Positions 1-10,410 of a stretch of 64,000 bases of DNA are shown piece by piece (position 1 is the first letter of the stretch; each line of letters opens with the position of its first letter). The translations under genes and the position numbers were made by a program. The notes below the pieces were generated by a model, which was not told where the DNA came from, ran no database searches, and saw only the letters and a list, made by a program, of their open reading frames with translations. This DNA is from Candidatus Gottesmanbacteria bacterium RIFCSPHIGHO2_01_FULL_40_15 (GTDB taxonomy: Bacteria > Patescibacteriota > Microgenomatia > 2-02-FULL-39-11), in NCBI GenBank assembly GCA_001779115.1, contig MFJF01000005.1:76922-140921 (forward strand), written 5' to 3'.

Positions 1-457
1 CCTTTTTATGAGCATTTTTATCGACTTCGGTAACCAAATATGCTGCAAAATAAATTACATTTTCCAACGCTTTGGGGGTTATATCCAAAATCAAGGATAA
101 TTTTGAAGGTGTTCCTTTAAAAAACCAGACATGGGCTACCGGGGCTGCTAATTTTATACTGCCCATTCTCTCACGTCTAACTTTACTTTGAGTAACTTCA
201 ACACCGCATTTATCACAGACTATGCCCCGGTATCTGATTCTTTTATATTTTCCGCAATAGCATTCCCAATCCTTTGTCGGACCGAAAATTCTTTCATCGA
301 ATAAACCGTCCTTTTCGGGTTTTAAAGTGCGGTAATTTATTGTCTCGGGTTTGGTTACTTCACCGTATGACCAGGATATAATATCCTGAGGTGAAGCTAA
401 TTTAATCTGGAGTCCTTCAAAATCAACAATATTTCCGAAATTCCCTTTTTTATCCAT
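1..457 (-). CDS. rpoC: RNA polymerase beta' subunit, 5' part (runs off window)
   Basis: Manual translation from ATG at 457: [89 protein letters not shown]; directly follows rpoB. Confidence 0.97.
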   Translation of the reverse strand, partial: MDKKGNFGNIVDFEGLQIKLASPQDIISWSYGEVTKPETINYRTLKPEKDGLFDERIFGPTKDWECYCGKYKRIRYRGIVCDKCGVEVTQSKVRRERMGSIKLAAPVAHVWFFKGTPSKLSLILDITPKALENVIYFAAYLVTEVDKNAHKK

Positions 458-460
458 TAT

Positions 461-3400
461 CTATTCCTCCTGTTGTAATTGTTCGTTTTTAACAACTTCT
501 TCCGATTTTCCGCTTTTATCTTCAACAATTTCTTCTCCGGCAGCCTTGGCCAATAATTTAGCCTCGACAATTTCTGATGCTTCGGTCACGTCAGATGGAG
601 GGGCCTGCTTCTTGGTAAATGTAACGGTACCGGTCGGCATCACATTTAATCCTAACGCCTGCAGTTCTTTTACCAGAACTTTAAAGGATTCCGGTATAGT
701 TGAAGCCGGTATATCTGTTCCTTTGACAATGGCTTCAAATGCACGGGCACGTCCGACAACATCATCTGATTTTATGGTTAACATTTCCTGTAAAGTGTGC
801 GCGGCCCGATGTGCTTCAAGCGCCCAGACTTCCATCTCTCCCAGTCTTTGACCTCCCATTTGAGCTTTACCTCCAAGCGGCTGTTGAGTAACAAGCGAGT
901 AAGGACCGGTCGAACGGGCATGAGTCTTATCTTCGACCATGTGGATTAATTTCATTATGTAGGCAATTCCGACAACGACGGTCTCTTTATACGGCTCACC
1001 TGTTCTACCGTCAAAAAGTATTGTTTTACCATCTACGGGTAAATTGTATTTTTTAAATTCTTCGATAATTTTATCTTCTTTTATAGTTTCAAAAACCGGC
1101 ACGCTAACTTTATAATTTGCGTGATTAGCCGCCCAGCCCAAATGAGCTTCAAGAAGCTGGCCAAGATTCATTCTGGAAAGAACTGACAAGGGTGAAATTA
1201 TGACATCAACCGGTGTGCCATCTTCAAGATAAGGCATATCAGATTGAGGAACAATTTTACTGATAACACCTTTATTTCCATGCCGTCCGGCCAGTTTATC
1301 CCCGACAACCACTTTCCGCACCTGAGCAACTTTGACGATGATTTTTTTTATCGTTCCCGGATGTAATTCATCACCCTTTTCACGGTCCAAAATTTTAACA
1401 TCGGTAACAACTCCTTTTTCTCCGTGAGGCATCCTTAATGAAGTATCTCTGACTTCCCTGGCCTTTTCACCGAAAATTGCCCTTAATAACCGTTCCTCTG
1501 CGGTTAATTCAGTCTCCCCCTTTGGAGCAATTTTTCCAACAAGAATATCATTTGGTCCAACTTCAGCGCCTACAATAACAATACCCTTATCATCAAGATT
1601 GGCTAAAGACTCTTCTCCGACGTTGGGAATATCCCGGGTAGTTTCTTCCGGCCCGAGTTTCGTATCAACAACTTCCGTATCATATTCTTCAATTGTGATT
1701 GACGTAAATATATCCTCTTTTACCAGCCTATCGGATATTACAATAGCATCTTCATAACCCATACCGTCGTAAGACGCATAAGCTATTATTAAGTTTTGGC
1801 CGAGAGCCAACTCGCCGAAATCACATGCCGGACCGTCAATAATCGATTGGTTTTTTTTAACTGAATCACCTAAAGAAACGAGAGGATTTTGTGAAAAACA
1901 AGTATTCTGACTGGTTCTGTTAAATTTTTCAATCTGGAAAGTGTGCTCTTTACCATTTGATTCTTTTAAGACTAATTTGACTGCATCAACATAGGTAATT
2001 TTGCCATCAACAGGAGCTTTGACGACTCTTTTTAAAGCCTGCGGAATTATCTCTTCCATTCCCGTACCTACAATCGGTGAACTAGGTTTTATCAGCGGCA
2101 CCGCCTGACATTGCATATGAGTGCCCATCAAAGCTCTATTGGCTTCATCATGGGCGATAAAGGGGATTAATGAAGCGGCTGTCCCAACGACCTGACGGGG
2201 TATTACATCAATATACCGGATGTTTTTTGCATCGGTTTCTAAAAAATCACCCCTATATCTGGCTGGCAGTCTTTCCGCAGTAATATATCCTTTATCATCA
2301 ATGGGTACTCCTGAGTGAGTAATATAAAAATCCTGTTCATCATCCGCCGTCAGGTAAACAATATGGTCCGAAATCTTCGGCTTTTTAGTTTTTTCGTCAA
2401 AATTTACTTCCCTATAGGGCGCTTCAAGAAAACCGTACTCATTAACGCGGGCATATAAAGCCATGTAAGTGACCAATCCGATATTAGGCCCTTCGGGACT
2501 TCTGACGGGACAAATTCTGGAATATTGGGATGAATTTATATCCCGAATTGAAAATGAAGCCCTTTCCCTGGAAATTCCACCTACTCCCATAACCGTTAAC
2601 CTTCTAAGATTATCAATTTCTGATAAGGGATTTGTTTGATCCAGAATTGTCGACAATTGGCTAGTTCTGAAAAAATCATTTATGGTCGCAATAATCGGAC
2701 GGGCGTTTACAATTTGGCTAGGTGTGATATCCATTTGAGTTTGTGCCAGGCTCATTCTTTCTTTTATGGATCTTTCAAGCCTCATCAAACCGATTTTAAA
2801 AGCATTATTGGCTACCAATTCGCCGACTCTTCTGATACGGCGATTACCTAAATGGTCAATATCATCAATCGTGCCAATATTATTTGTAAGTCCAATCAGG
2901 TATTTAATTATTCCGATAATATCTTCCTTTGTAAGGATCCAATTTTCAGGTATATTTTCAATATTGGCTATCTTTAATTTTTTATTAATCTTATACCGTC
3001 CGACTGATCCAAGATTATACCGTCTGGTATTGAAAAAAAGATTCCTGAAAAGATCCTGCGCGTTATCCAATACGGTGGGTTCTCCGGGTCGCATCTTCCG
3101 GTAAATTTCTATTACTGCTTCTTCCTGAGATTTAGTCGGATCTTTTAGTAAAGTATTTGATAAATAGTCTTTATCTTTATCGACTTCCTTAAATATGTTA
3201 AATAATTCTTCATCACTTGAAATCCCCATTGCCCTAAGAAAAGTTGTCGCGGCATATTTTCTCCGTCTGTCAATCCGAACAAGCAGAACATCATTTTTGG
3301 AAATAGAAAAATCCAACCAGGAGCCAAATAGAGGCCGAACTTCTGCAACATACAGAATTTTACCTGTGGTGGGATCGGAATCTCCGGTGAAATAAACTCC

Positions 3401-3832
3401 GGGAGAACGGACTATCTGATTAACAATACAACGTTCAACTCCGTTTATAATAAATGTGCCGTTCTCGGTCATTGAGGGAATATCACCTAAAAAAACATCC
3501 TGATGGATTTCTTTACCGGTCTGTTTATTCAAAAGAACTGTTTCAGCTTTAAGGGGTGAATCGTAAGTAAGACCTTTTTCAAGACATTCGCTTGGAGTAT
3601 AGCGAGGACTTTCAAAATAATGCTTACCAATTGTCAGGCTCCAATTTTTCCCGGTAAAATCTTCAACAGGAGAAATTTCTTTTAACAATTCTTCTATACC
3701 CTGATTTATAAACCAATCATATGAATTTTTTTGTACCTCAGTAAGATCGAGAATAGGAAGTATATCCGCTTTTTTACCCCAATTTTGTCTTTTGGGGTTC
3801 ATTTTTTGGGAATTACTTTTAGTTTTTGGCAT
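461..3832 (-). CDS. rpoB: RNA polymerase beta subunit
   Basis: Motifs GTFIINGVER, DIDHLGNRRIR, PEGPNIGL, GDKLAGRHGNKG, GGQRLGEMEVWAL; ATG at 3832 preferred over TTG 3859. Confidence 0.98.
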   Translation of the reverse strand: MPKTKSNSQKMNPKRQNWGKKADILPILDLTEVQKNSYDWFINQGIEELLKEISPVEDFTGKNWSLTIGKHYFESPRYTPSECLEKGLTYDSPLKAETVLLNKQTGKEIHQDVFLGDIPSMTENGTFIINGVERCIVNQIVRSPGVYFTGDSDPTTGKILYVAEVRPLFGSWLDFSISKNDVLLVRIDRRRKYAATTFLRAMGISSDEELFNIFKEVDKDKDYLSNTLLKDPTKSQEEAVIEIYRKMRPGEPTVLDNAQDLFRNLFFNTRRYNLGSVGRYKINKKLKIANIENIPENWILTKEDIIGIIKYLIGLTNNIGTIDDIDHLGNRRIRRVGELVANNAFKIGLMRLERSIKERMSLAQTQMDITPSQIVNARPIIATINDFFRTSQLSTILDQTNPLSEIDNLRRLTVMGVGGISRERASFSIRDINSSQYSRICPVRSPEGPNIGLVTYMALYARVNEYGFLEAPYREVNFDEKTKKPKISDHIVYLTADDEQDFYITHSGVPIDDKGYITAERLPARYRGDFLETDAKNIRYIDVIPRQVVGTAASLIPFIAHDEANRALMGTHMQCQAVPLIKPSSPIVGTGMEEIIPQALKRVVKAPVDGKITYVDAVKLVLKESNGKEHTFQIEKFNRTSQNTCFSQNPLVSLGDSVKKNQSIIDGPACDFGELALGQNLIIAYASYDGMGYEDAIVISDRLVKEDIFTSITIEEYDTEVVDTKLGPEETTRDIPNVGEESLANLDDKGIVIVGAEVGPNDILVGKIAPKGETELTAEERLLRAIFGEKAREVRDTSLRMPHGEKGVVTDVKILDREKGDELHPGTIKKIIVKVAQVRKVVVGDKLAGRHGNKGVISKIVPQSDMPYLEDGTPVDVIISPLSVLSRMNLGQLLEAHLGWAANHANYKVSVPVFETIKEDKIIEEFKKYNLPVDGKTILFDGRTGEPYKETVVVGIAYIMKLIHMVEDKTHARSTGPYSLVTQQPLGGKAQMGGQRLGEMEVWALEAHRAAHTLQEMLTIKSDDVVGRARAFEAIVKGTDIPASTIPESFKVLVKELQALGLNVMPTGTVTFTKKQAPPSDVTEASEIVEAKLLAKAAGEEIVEDKSGKSEEVVKNEQLQQEE

Positions 3833-3847
3833 TGGGAATAAAGAAGA

Positions 3848-3888
3848 CAAAAACAACAAAATAAGCGTACTCCGGCAGACGTACGCCT
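3848..3888 (-). promoter_or_regulatory. Terminator-like hairpin plus U tract in the rpoB 5' leader
   Basis: Minus strand AGGCGUAC-gucugccgga-GUACGCUU followed by auuuuguuguuuuug, between promoter and start codon. Confidence 0.55.
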
Positions 3889-3911
3889 CTAATTCTTCTT
3901 CAAGTATGATT

Positions 3912-3939
3912 ATTTTATCATCGGTTTAAATATTGTCAA
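3912..3939 (-). promoter_or_regulatory. Sigma70-type promoter of rpoBC
   Basis: TTGACA-16nt-TAAAAT with TG extended -10 on the minus strand. Confidence 0.7.
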
Positions 3940-3957
3940 GAGGCAAGAGGTAAATAT

Positions 3958-3986
3958 TTGCAGATAATTAATTATTATGATAAAAT
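3958..3986 (+). promoter_or_regulatory. Sigma70-type promoter of the nusA operon
   Basis: TTGCAG-17nt-TAAAAT with TG extended -10. Confidence 0.6.
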
Positions 3987-4010
3987 AGCGGCAAGTTAAG
4001 AAAGTTTCAG

Positions 4011-4037
4011 TTGGTGGGAATTACCCACCAATTTTTA
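4011..4037 (+). promoter_or_regulatory. nusA leader hairpin/attenuator (rimP-nusA leader-like)
   Basis: TTGGTGGG-aatta-CCCACCAA followed by TTTTTA, just upstream of the nusA ATG. Confidence 0.65.
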
Positions 4038-4046
4038 TATAAAAAT

Positions 4047-5171
4047 ATGCCGGCGACAGTCAGAAGTGAATTTGCATTAGCATTAAATCAAGTAGCAACG
4101 GAAAGGGGCATTGATCCTGATGTGGTTTTAGAAACTATCAAAGCGGCAATCCTGGCAGCTTACCGGAAGGACTACGGAACAGAGGAGTTGGAAGAAATTG
4201 AAATAACCATTAATCCCAAAACAGGAGAAGCAATAGTTATTAAAGATAAAAAAAATATTACACCGGCCGGATTCGGCAGAATTGCAGCACAAACCGCAAA
4301 ACAGGTAATACTGCAGAGAATAAGAGAAGCTGAAAAAAAGGCGATTATTTCAGATTATTCCACCCGGATAGGCACAACAATAAACGGTATGGTTTTAAGA
4401 TTTGACGGTCCAAATGTAATTATAGATATTGGAAAAACAGAAGGCGTGATGCCTCCACAAGAACAAATTCCAAACGAGAGATACCGCTTAAATCAGAGAC
4501 TGACATTTTATATAGAATCCATAAAACAAACAATGCGCGGAAATGAAATCATTGTTTCACGCGCTCATAAAGGACTTGTTTCTGCCCTTTTTAAAAGAGA
4601 AGTGCCTGAAGTAAACAACGGAGCTGTTGTAGTCAAAGAGATAGCCAGAGAACCGGGTAATAGAACTAAAATTGCCGTCGCTTCAACTCAATCCGGTGTT
4701 GATCCGGTCGGCAGCTGTGTCGGACAAAAAGGTGTTCGGGTGCAGGCGGTTATTAATGAATTAGGCGGACTGGAAAAAATAGATATTATTCAGTGGCATG
4801 ATGACCCGAAGATTTTTATTCCGGCAGCACTTTCACCGGCAAAAGATATTGAAACAATCATTAATGAGAAAAAAAGGACTGCCATTGCTTATATTCCTGA
4901 TGACCAATTGTCACTGGCAATAGGAAAAGACGGCCAAAATGTACGTTTATCAGCAAAGCTTACCGGGTACAAAATAGATATAAAATCCAAATCAGAAGAA
5001 GGAAAAAAAGCTGATGAATTAAAAAGTGATAAAACAGCAGTTGCTGCAGATATTGAAAAAAAAGCTAAAAAAACTGTCAAGAAAAAAATTAGCGAGAAAA
5101 AAGACGCTAAAGAAAAAAAAGAGATAAAAAAAACTGAACCTAAAAAATCAAATAACACTAAAAGCCTTTAA
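4047..5171 (+). CDS. nusA: Transcription termination/antitermination factor NusA
   Basis: FGRIAAQTAKQVI, AREPGNRTKIAV, DPVGSCVGQKGVRV, LSLAIGKDGQNVRL; Lys-rich tail; ATG 4047. Confidence 0.97.
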   Translation: MPATVRSEFALALNQVATERGIDPDVVLETIKAAILAAYRKDYGTEELEEIEITINPKTGEAIVIKDKKNITPAGFGRIAAQTAKQVILQRIREAEKKAIISDYSTRIGTTINGMVLRFDGPNVIIDIGKTEGVMPPQEQIPNERYRLNQRLTFYIESIKQTMRGNEIIVSRAHKGLVSALFKREVPEVNNGAVVVKEIAREPGNRTKIAVASTQSGVDPVGSCVGQKGVRVQAVINELGGLEKIDIIQWHDDPKIFIPAALSPAKDIETIINEKKRTAIAYIPDDQLSLAIGKDGQNVRLSAKLTGYKIDIKSKSEEGKKADELKSDKTAVAADIEKKAKKTVKKKISEKKDAKEKKEIKKTEPKKSNNTKSL

Positions 5172-5210
5172 AGTGAAGAAATATATATTATTTTTTCGAA
5201 AAGCTGATGT

Positions 5211-6710
5211 ATGGCAAAAAAAAATACTAATGAAATTAATGAAGCAAAAATTTCCATCCGTCCCCCTATTGTATCGGTTCTCGGACATGTAGATCACGGT
5301 AAGACAAGTCTCCTGGACCGAATCCGAAAAACCAATCTTGTTGTTCACGAGCACGGCGGTATAACACAACACATAGGAGCGTATCAAATTGAAGTTCCTC
5401 AAAATATTAAACTAAAAAATTCTGAATTTGCCCAAAAAATTACATTCATAGATACACCCGGTCATCATGCTTTTGCCAAAATGAGAAGCCAGGGGGCAAA
5501 TGCTTCCGATATTGCCATTCTCGTTATAGCCGCAAATGACGGAATAAAACCACAAACTTCAGAATCAATTGAACATATTAAAAATTCCGGCATCCCGACA
5601 ATTATCGCACTAAACAAAATTGATTTACCCGACATAAATATTGAAAAAATTAAAAAACAATTAAATAAGGAGGGCGTGAAATTGGAGCAATACGGCGGTG
5701 ACATCCCTCTGGTTCCGGTATCGGCAAAAACAGGTGAAGGAATGGATAAGTTATTGGAGACAATTCTTTTTTTAACTGATTTTTTTCAGATCAGATCTTT
5801 TTTGAACAAACCTTTTCAGGGAGTTGTCATTGAATCAAGCATTTCAAAATATAAGGGAATTACCGGTAGTGTAATTGTCAGAAACGGTGTTTTAAACGTA
5901 GGTGATGATATTGTTTATGATAATCAGATCTTCAGGGTAAGAGCGATTAATGACTGGCAAGGCAGATCTTTAAATAACTTGGGTCCAGGTGATCCGGGAG
6001 AAATTATAGGTTGGAAAACACTGCCTTCTGTCGGAACAATTCTCTACAAGAAAAATGAAACCGAAGTTATCGGACAACCAAAAACCGAAATTGAAAAAGT
6101 TAAGCCCGCTTCAATTATTCAAAGTCCACCGGTTGAAATTGAAACACAAAAAATCAATTTAATTATAAAAGCAGATACAGTCGGAACTTTAGAAGCCATT
6201 ACCCTTGGGCTTCCGGATGATATTGATCTTATCCTGAAGGGAGTCGGCCCGGTTAATGAATCGGATATTCTTCTGGGAAAAACGGTGAAAGCACTGGTAA
6301 TTGGATTCAATGTCCCTATATCGGATCAAGTAAAAAAATTAGCCCAGTCCGAAAAAGTACTCATAAAAAAATATGAAATTATTTATCAGCTTTTTGATGA
6401 AATCAAAGATGTTGTTGAAGCTATAAAAAAAGGTGATTTGGTGGATATTCTCGGAATTGCAAAAGTACTGGCTACTTTTGATATTAAAGGAGTTACGATT
6501 ATCGGAGCAAAAATTGTTTCCGGCAGGATGGCCAAAGGTGATCAGGTAAAAATATTAAGGGATGATAATGAAATAGGCCGCCGTAAAATAAAATCTCTAA
6601 AACATTTTAAGGAAGATATTACCAAGGCTGAACAGGGAAAGGAAGTAGGAATCGGATTATCAGACAGAATTGAACTATTGACAGGTGATAGTATAATAGC
6701 TATAGGCTAA
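5211..6710 (+). CDS. infB: Translation initiation factor IF-2 (short form lacking the long N-terminus)
   Basis: RPPIVSVLGHVDHGKTSLLD, GGITQHIGAY, DTPGH, NKID; follows nusA. Confidence 0.96.
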   Translation: MAKKNTNEINEAKISIRPPIVSVLGHVDHGKTSLLDRIRKTNLVVHEHGGITQHIGAYQIEVPQNIKLKNSEFAQKITFIDTPGHHAFAKMRSQGANASDIAILVIAANDGIKPQTSESIEHIKNSGIPTIIALNKIDLPDINIEKIKKQLNKEGVKLEQYGGDIPLVPVSAKTGEGMDKLLETILFLTDFFQIRSFLNKPFQGVVIESSISKYKGITGSVIVRNGVLNVGDDIVYDNQIFRVRAINDWQGRSLNNLGPGDPGEIIGWKTLPSVGTILYKKNETEVIGQPKTEIEKVKPASIIQSPPVEIETQKINLIIKADTVGTLEAITLGLPDDIDLILKGVGPVNESDILLGKTVKALVIGFNVPISDQVKKLAQSEKVLIKKYEIIYQLFDEIKDVVEAIKKGDLVDILGIAKVLATFDIKGVTIIGAKIVSGRMAKGDQVKILRDDNEIGRRKIKSLKHFKEDITKAEQGKEVGIGLSDRIELLTGDSIIAIG

Positions 6711-6715
6711 AATCT

Positions 6716-6739
6716 ACCCCAATTGCTTGGGGTTTTTTT
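6716..6739 (+). terminator. Intrinsic terminator after infB
   Basis: ACCCCAA-ttgc-TTGGGGT followed by a T run. Confidence 0.6.
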
Positions 6740-6756
6740 AAAAACTTTTATATAAT

Positions 6757-7806
6757 ATGGCGAATATAGATCCGGATAAAGTTAATCAAGCACAAAATAT
6801 ATTGGAAAATGCCCAGTCGATTGCGGTAACCCTGCCGGTTGATCCGAGTGTTGATAAAGTAGCTTCGGCACTATCCCTATATCTTTCACTATCAGCCGCC
6901 GGTAAACAAGTTACAGTTGCCTGTTCTACTCGGATGACAGTTCAATATAATGAACTAATAGGAGTTGATAAGATTTCAACTGTTCTTACCGGTTCATCCG
7001 GCAGAAATCTGGTTATTTCCTTTCCCTATCAGGAAGGATCGATTGAAAAGGTCAGCTACAACATTGAAAACGATAAATTTAACTTAGTCATCGAACCCCG
7101 CGAAGGATTTCCGACAATTACCCAGGAAATGATGAAATACAGCAGTTCAGGCGGAAATATTGACGCAATAGTAACGGTCGGGTGTTCACAGCTTGAGGAA
7201 TTGGGGAATCTTTATTCAAATAACCAGGATTTGTATAACGGAAAACAAATAATTAATCTGGATAATGCATCCAATAATAACAATTTCGCCAAAATCAATA
7301 TTGTAGATACTTCGGCAATATCAATTTCGGAACTTATGAATGATTTTATTAACCAGTTAGGGTTGAATATGGAACCGGATATTGCCACAAATTTACTGGC
7401 AGGGCTGACGAGTGCCACCGATAATTTTTCATCAGGTGAGGTGACAGCCTCAACTTTTGAAACAGCGGCTAATCTATTAAAACAGGGGGCCAGGAAAAAA
7501 CAAATCAGAAAAAGTTCACAGGCATTTGTGCCCCAAATGAAACAACCGGCTGCACCAACCGCACCAATAGCCAAAAGCCAAAAAACACCGTTCGGACTAA
7601 AAACATCCCCAACCCCACAAACAGATCAATCGCAACAGTCAGGACAGCGCGGAAAATTTCAACCGCCACAATTTCAGAGAACCCAACAACAACCCGGATC
7701 AGACTTTCAACAGCAAAAACCTCCGGTAAGAGAAGCAGGTAAATCTCCGGAAACACCACCGGACTGGTTAAAACCGAAAATATATAAAGGATCAACCCTG
7801 ATTTAA
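6757..7806 (+). CDS. DHH/NrnA-like phosphoesterase-fold protein with degenerate catalytic motifs and Q/P-rich tail
   Basis: NrnA-like layout (PxxD..AS, IINLD-NAS in place of IDHH, NIVD..A.SISE, ATNLLAGL..T.NF, TFETAANL); position after infB. Confidence 0.7.
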   Translation: MANIDPDKVNQAQNILENAQSIAVTLPVDPSVDKVASALSLYLSLSAAGKQVTVACSTRMTVQYNELIGVDKISTVLTGSSGRNLVISFPYQEGSIEKVSYNIENDKFNLVIEPREGFPTITQEMMKYSSSGGNIDAIVTVGCSQLEELGNLYSNNQDLYNGKQIINLDNASNNNNFAKINIVDTSAISISELMNDFINQLGLNMEPDIATNLLAGLTSATDNFSSGEVTASTFETAANLLKQGARKKQIRKSSQAFVPQMKQPAAPTAPIAKSQKTPFGLKTSPTPQTDQSQQSGQRGKFQPPQFQRTQQQPGSDFQQQKPPVREAGKSPETPPDWLKPKIYKGSTLI

Positions 7807-7857
7807 CCCAAAAAGAGAGATACCACAGATTTTTGAAATTCCGAAATTTTTTCTCCG

Positions 7858-7886
7858 TTGAGATTTCATTAACAATAAGTTATAAT
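7858..7886 (+). promoter_or_regulatory. Promoter of rpsO-pnp
   Basis: TTGAGA-17nt-TATAAT. Confidence 0.65.
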
Positions 7887-7947
7887 AAGATTATCAGTAT
7901 AAGATTTATTCTTCTTCCGCCGGATAAGGGCGGATTGAATTTTATTT

Positions 7948-8217
7948 ATGGCGTTGGATCCTAATAACAAGAAAAAAATAATTACCGAGTATGCTACAAA
8001 AAAAGGTGATACAGGCAGTCCTGAGGTTCAAATCGCCTTATTAACCCACAAAATTGATAAACTTGTCGGACATTTAAAAGGTAATCCGAAAGATAACCAC
8101 TCCAGAAGGGGCTTATTGGGAATGATATCCAAAAGAAGAAGACTGATTAATTATTTATCCAATAAAAATAAAGACAGGTATAAGGAGATTGTCGATAAAC
8201 TGAAATTAAGCAAGTAA
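7948..8217 (+). CDS. rpsO: 30S ribosomal protein S15
   Basis: [23 protein letters not shown]. Confidence 0.98.
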   Translation: MALDPNNKKKIITEYATKKGDTGSPEVQIALLTHKIDKLVGHLKGNPKDNHSRRGLLGMISKRRRLINYLSNKNKDRYKEIVDKLKLSK

Positions 8218-8250
8218 AGATTCTTTCAATTCTGTGGAAAAAAGATCCTC

Positions 8251-10410
8251 ATGAAAAAAATTGTTAGCAAATCAACTGAAATCGGCGGACGGACTATAAC
8301 ATTAGAAGTCGGAAGATTCGCCGAACAGGCGACATCGGCAGTACTGGCACGGTTTGGAGACACCATGGTGATTGCGACAGTGGTGGCCTCTCCCAAAATA
8401 TCAAAACTGGATTATTTTCCATTAACTGTTGAATATGTGGAAAGGCTTTATGCAGGAGGAAGAATTAAGGGAAGCCGCTGGGTCAAGAGGGAAGGAAGAC
8501 CAAGCGACGATGCCATCCTGAAAGCACGACTTATAGACCGTTCAATAAGGCCATTATTTAACCAGAATTATAAGCATGATATCCAGATAATTATTACAGT
8601 ACTTTCAGTTGACGGGGAAAATGAACCTGATATTTTGGGAATTATTGCCACCAGTGCCGCTTTGGCAATATCCCCTATTCCCTGGAACGGACCCATCGGT
8701 TCGGTACGGGTCGGATATGTTCCTTCTCCCAACGGTGAAAGCGGTTTTTTCCTGAATCCGGGGCTTAAAGAACTCGCCTTTTCGGAGCTTGACCTGGTTG
8801 TTTCGGCGACAAAGGAAAAAGTGATTATGCTGGAAGCAGGAGCCAACCAAATAAAAGAAGAAACTTTCATTTCAGGGATTGCTTTTGCCAGGGAAGAAAC
8901 AAAAAAAATTATTTCATTAATCGATGACCTGGTTAAAGAGGTAGGCCGGGAAAAAATTGAAATCCGCGATAATGAAAAAATAAAGGAAATTAAAAAAATA
9001 ATCAATAAAGAATACAAAAAAGAAATCGGGAACCTGATATTAGCCAGAGTTTCCAAAGAACAGGAAGGAGACGAACTTACCGTATTATCAGACAGTATTG
9101 CACAAGTTTATGCTGAAAAATATGACAGAGGTGATATCGAAAAGGCAATCGATCAATTATTTAAGGAACAAATAAGACAAGATATTCTTAAAAATAAAAA
9201 AAGGGCTGATGGAAGGAAACCGGAGGATATCAGAGAAATTAGCGGGGAAGTAGGTCTATTACCGCGGACTCACGGATCGGCCATGTTCAGAAGGGGCCAA
9301 ACACAGGTGTTGACCGTAGCGACTTTAGGATCTCCTTCACTGGAACAGCTTATTGAAAGTCCTGAAGGGGAAACAGCAAAAAGATATATGCATCATTACA
9401 GCATGCCCCCCTATTCCGTCGGAGAAACCGGAAGAGTCGGCTTTCCGGCCAGAAGAGAGATCGGTCATGGAGCCCTGGCGGAAAGAGCCCTTTTACCTGT
9501 TATACCGCCACAAACTTCTTTTCCATATACCATAAGGCTTGTTTCAGAAGTGATGTCTTCAAACGGATCAACCTCCATGGCTTCTGCCTGCGGATCAACG
9601 CTGGCATTAATGGATGCCGGTGTTCCGATAAAAAATCCGGTGTCGGGAATTGCCATGGGTATGGTTGAGGAAAATAATAAATATGAACTGTTATCCGATA
9701 TTATAGGAATTGAAGATTTTTGCGGGGATATGGATTTTAAAGTGGCCGGAACAGAGGAAGGGATAACAGCAGTGCAACTGGATGTTAAAAATTCAGGATT
9801 AACCGATCAGGTAATCACAGAGTCTATAAAAAAGGCAAAGCAAGGACGGCTTCATATTCTTCAAAATATGCTCACAGTTATTCCCAAATACAGGGAAACA
9901 CTGTCAAAATTTGCCCCAAGAATTTCCGTGATTATAATTCCAAAAGAAAAAATCGGTGAAATAATCGGTCCGGGAGGAAAAATAATCCGGCAAATTATTG
10001 CCGAAACCGGCTGCGATATCAACGTTAACGATGACGGTCAGGTGACAATTGCCGGAATTGATCCGGTAAAAGTGGAAGTCGCCCTCAAATGGATAACCGG
10101 AATTATAAAGGAAGTTGTACCGGAAGAAGTATATCAGGGTTTAGTAAAAAGAATTCTACCGTTTGGAGCATTTGTGGAAATACTGCCCGGGCGTGAAGGA
10201 ATGGTTCACGTATCACAGATGGCGTCAGAATATATTTCCGATCCTTCGGAAGTCGTAAAAATCGGCCAGCAAGTGACAGTCAGAGTTATAGAAATAGATG
10301 ACCAGGGCAGAATTAATTTGTCAATGCTTTTCGGGGAGGATGCCAAGAAAAAAACTGTCAGACCACAAGGTAAAAGGGAACACTTCCAGAAGCGCAGATG
10401 GAATAAATAA
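8251..10410 (+). CDS. pnp: Polyribonucleotide nucleotidyltransferase (PNPase)
   Basis: ARLIDRSIRPLF, HGSAMFRRGQTQ, RREIGHGALAERA, SNGSTSMASAC, GDMDFKVAG; KH and S1 domains. Confidence 0.98.
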   Translation: MKKIVSKSTEIGGRTITLEVGRFAEQATSAVLARFGDTMVIATVVASPKISKLDYFPLTVEYVERLYAGGRIKGSRWVKREGRPSDDAILKARLIDRSIRPLFNQNYKHDIQIIITVLSVDGENEPDILGIIATSAALAISPIPWNGPIGSVRVGYVPSPNGESGFFLNPGLKELAFSELDLVVSATKEKVIMLEAGANQIKEETFISGIAFAREETKKIISLIDDLVKEVGREKIEIRDNEKIKEIKKIINKEYKKEIGNLILARVSKEQEGDELTVLSDSIAQVYAEKYDRGDIEKAIDQLFKEQIRQDILKNKKRADGRKPEDIREISGEVGLLPRTHGSAMFRRGQTQVLTVATLGSPSLEQLIESPEGETAKRYMHHYSMPPYSVGETGRVGFPARREIGHGALAERALLPVIPPQTSFPYTIRLVSEVMSSNGSTSMASACGSTLALMDAGVPIKNPVSGIAMGMVEENNKYELLSDIIGIEDFCGDMDFKVAGTEEGITAVQLDVKNSGLTDQVITESIKKAKQGRLHILQNMLTVIPKYRETLSKFAPRISVIIIPKEKIGEIIGPGGKIIRQIIAETGCDINVNDDGQVTIAGIDPVKVEVALKWITGIIKEVVPEEVYQGLVKRILPFGAFVEILPGREGMVHVSQMASEYISDPSEVVKIGQQVTVRVIEIDDQGRINLSMLFGEDAKKKTVRPQGKREHFQKRRWNK

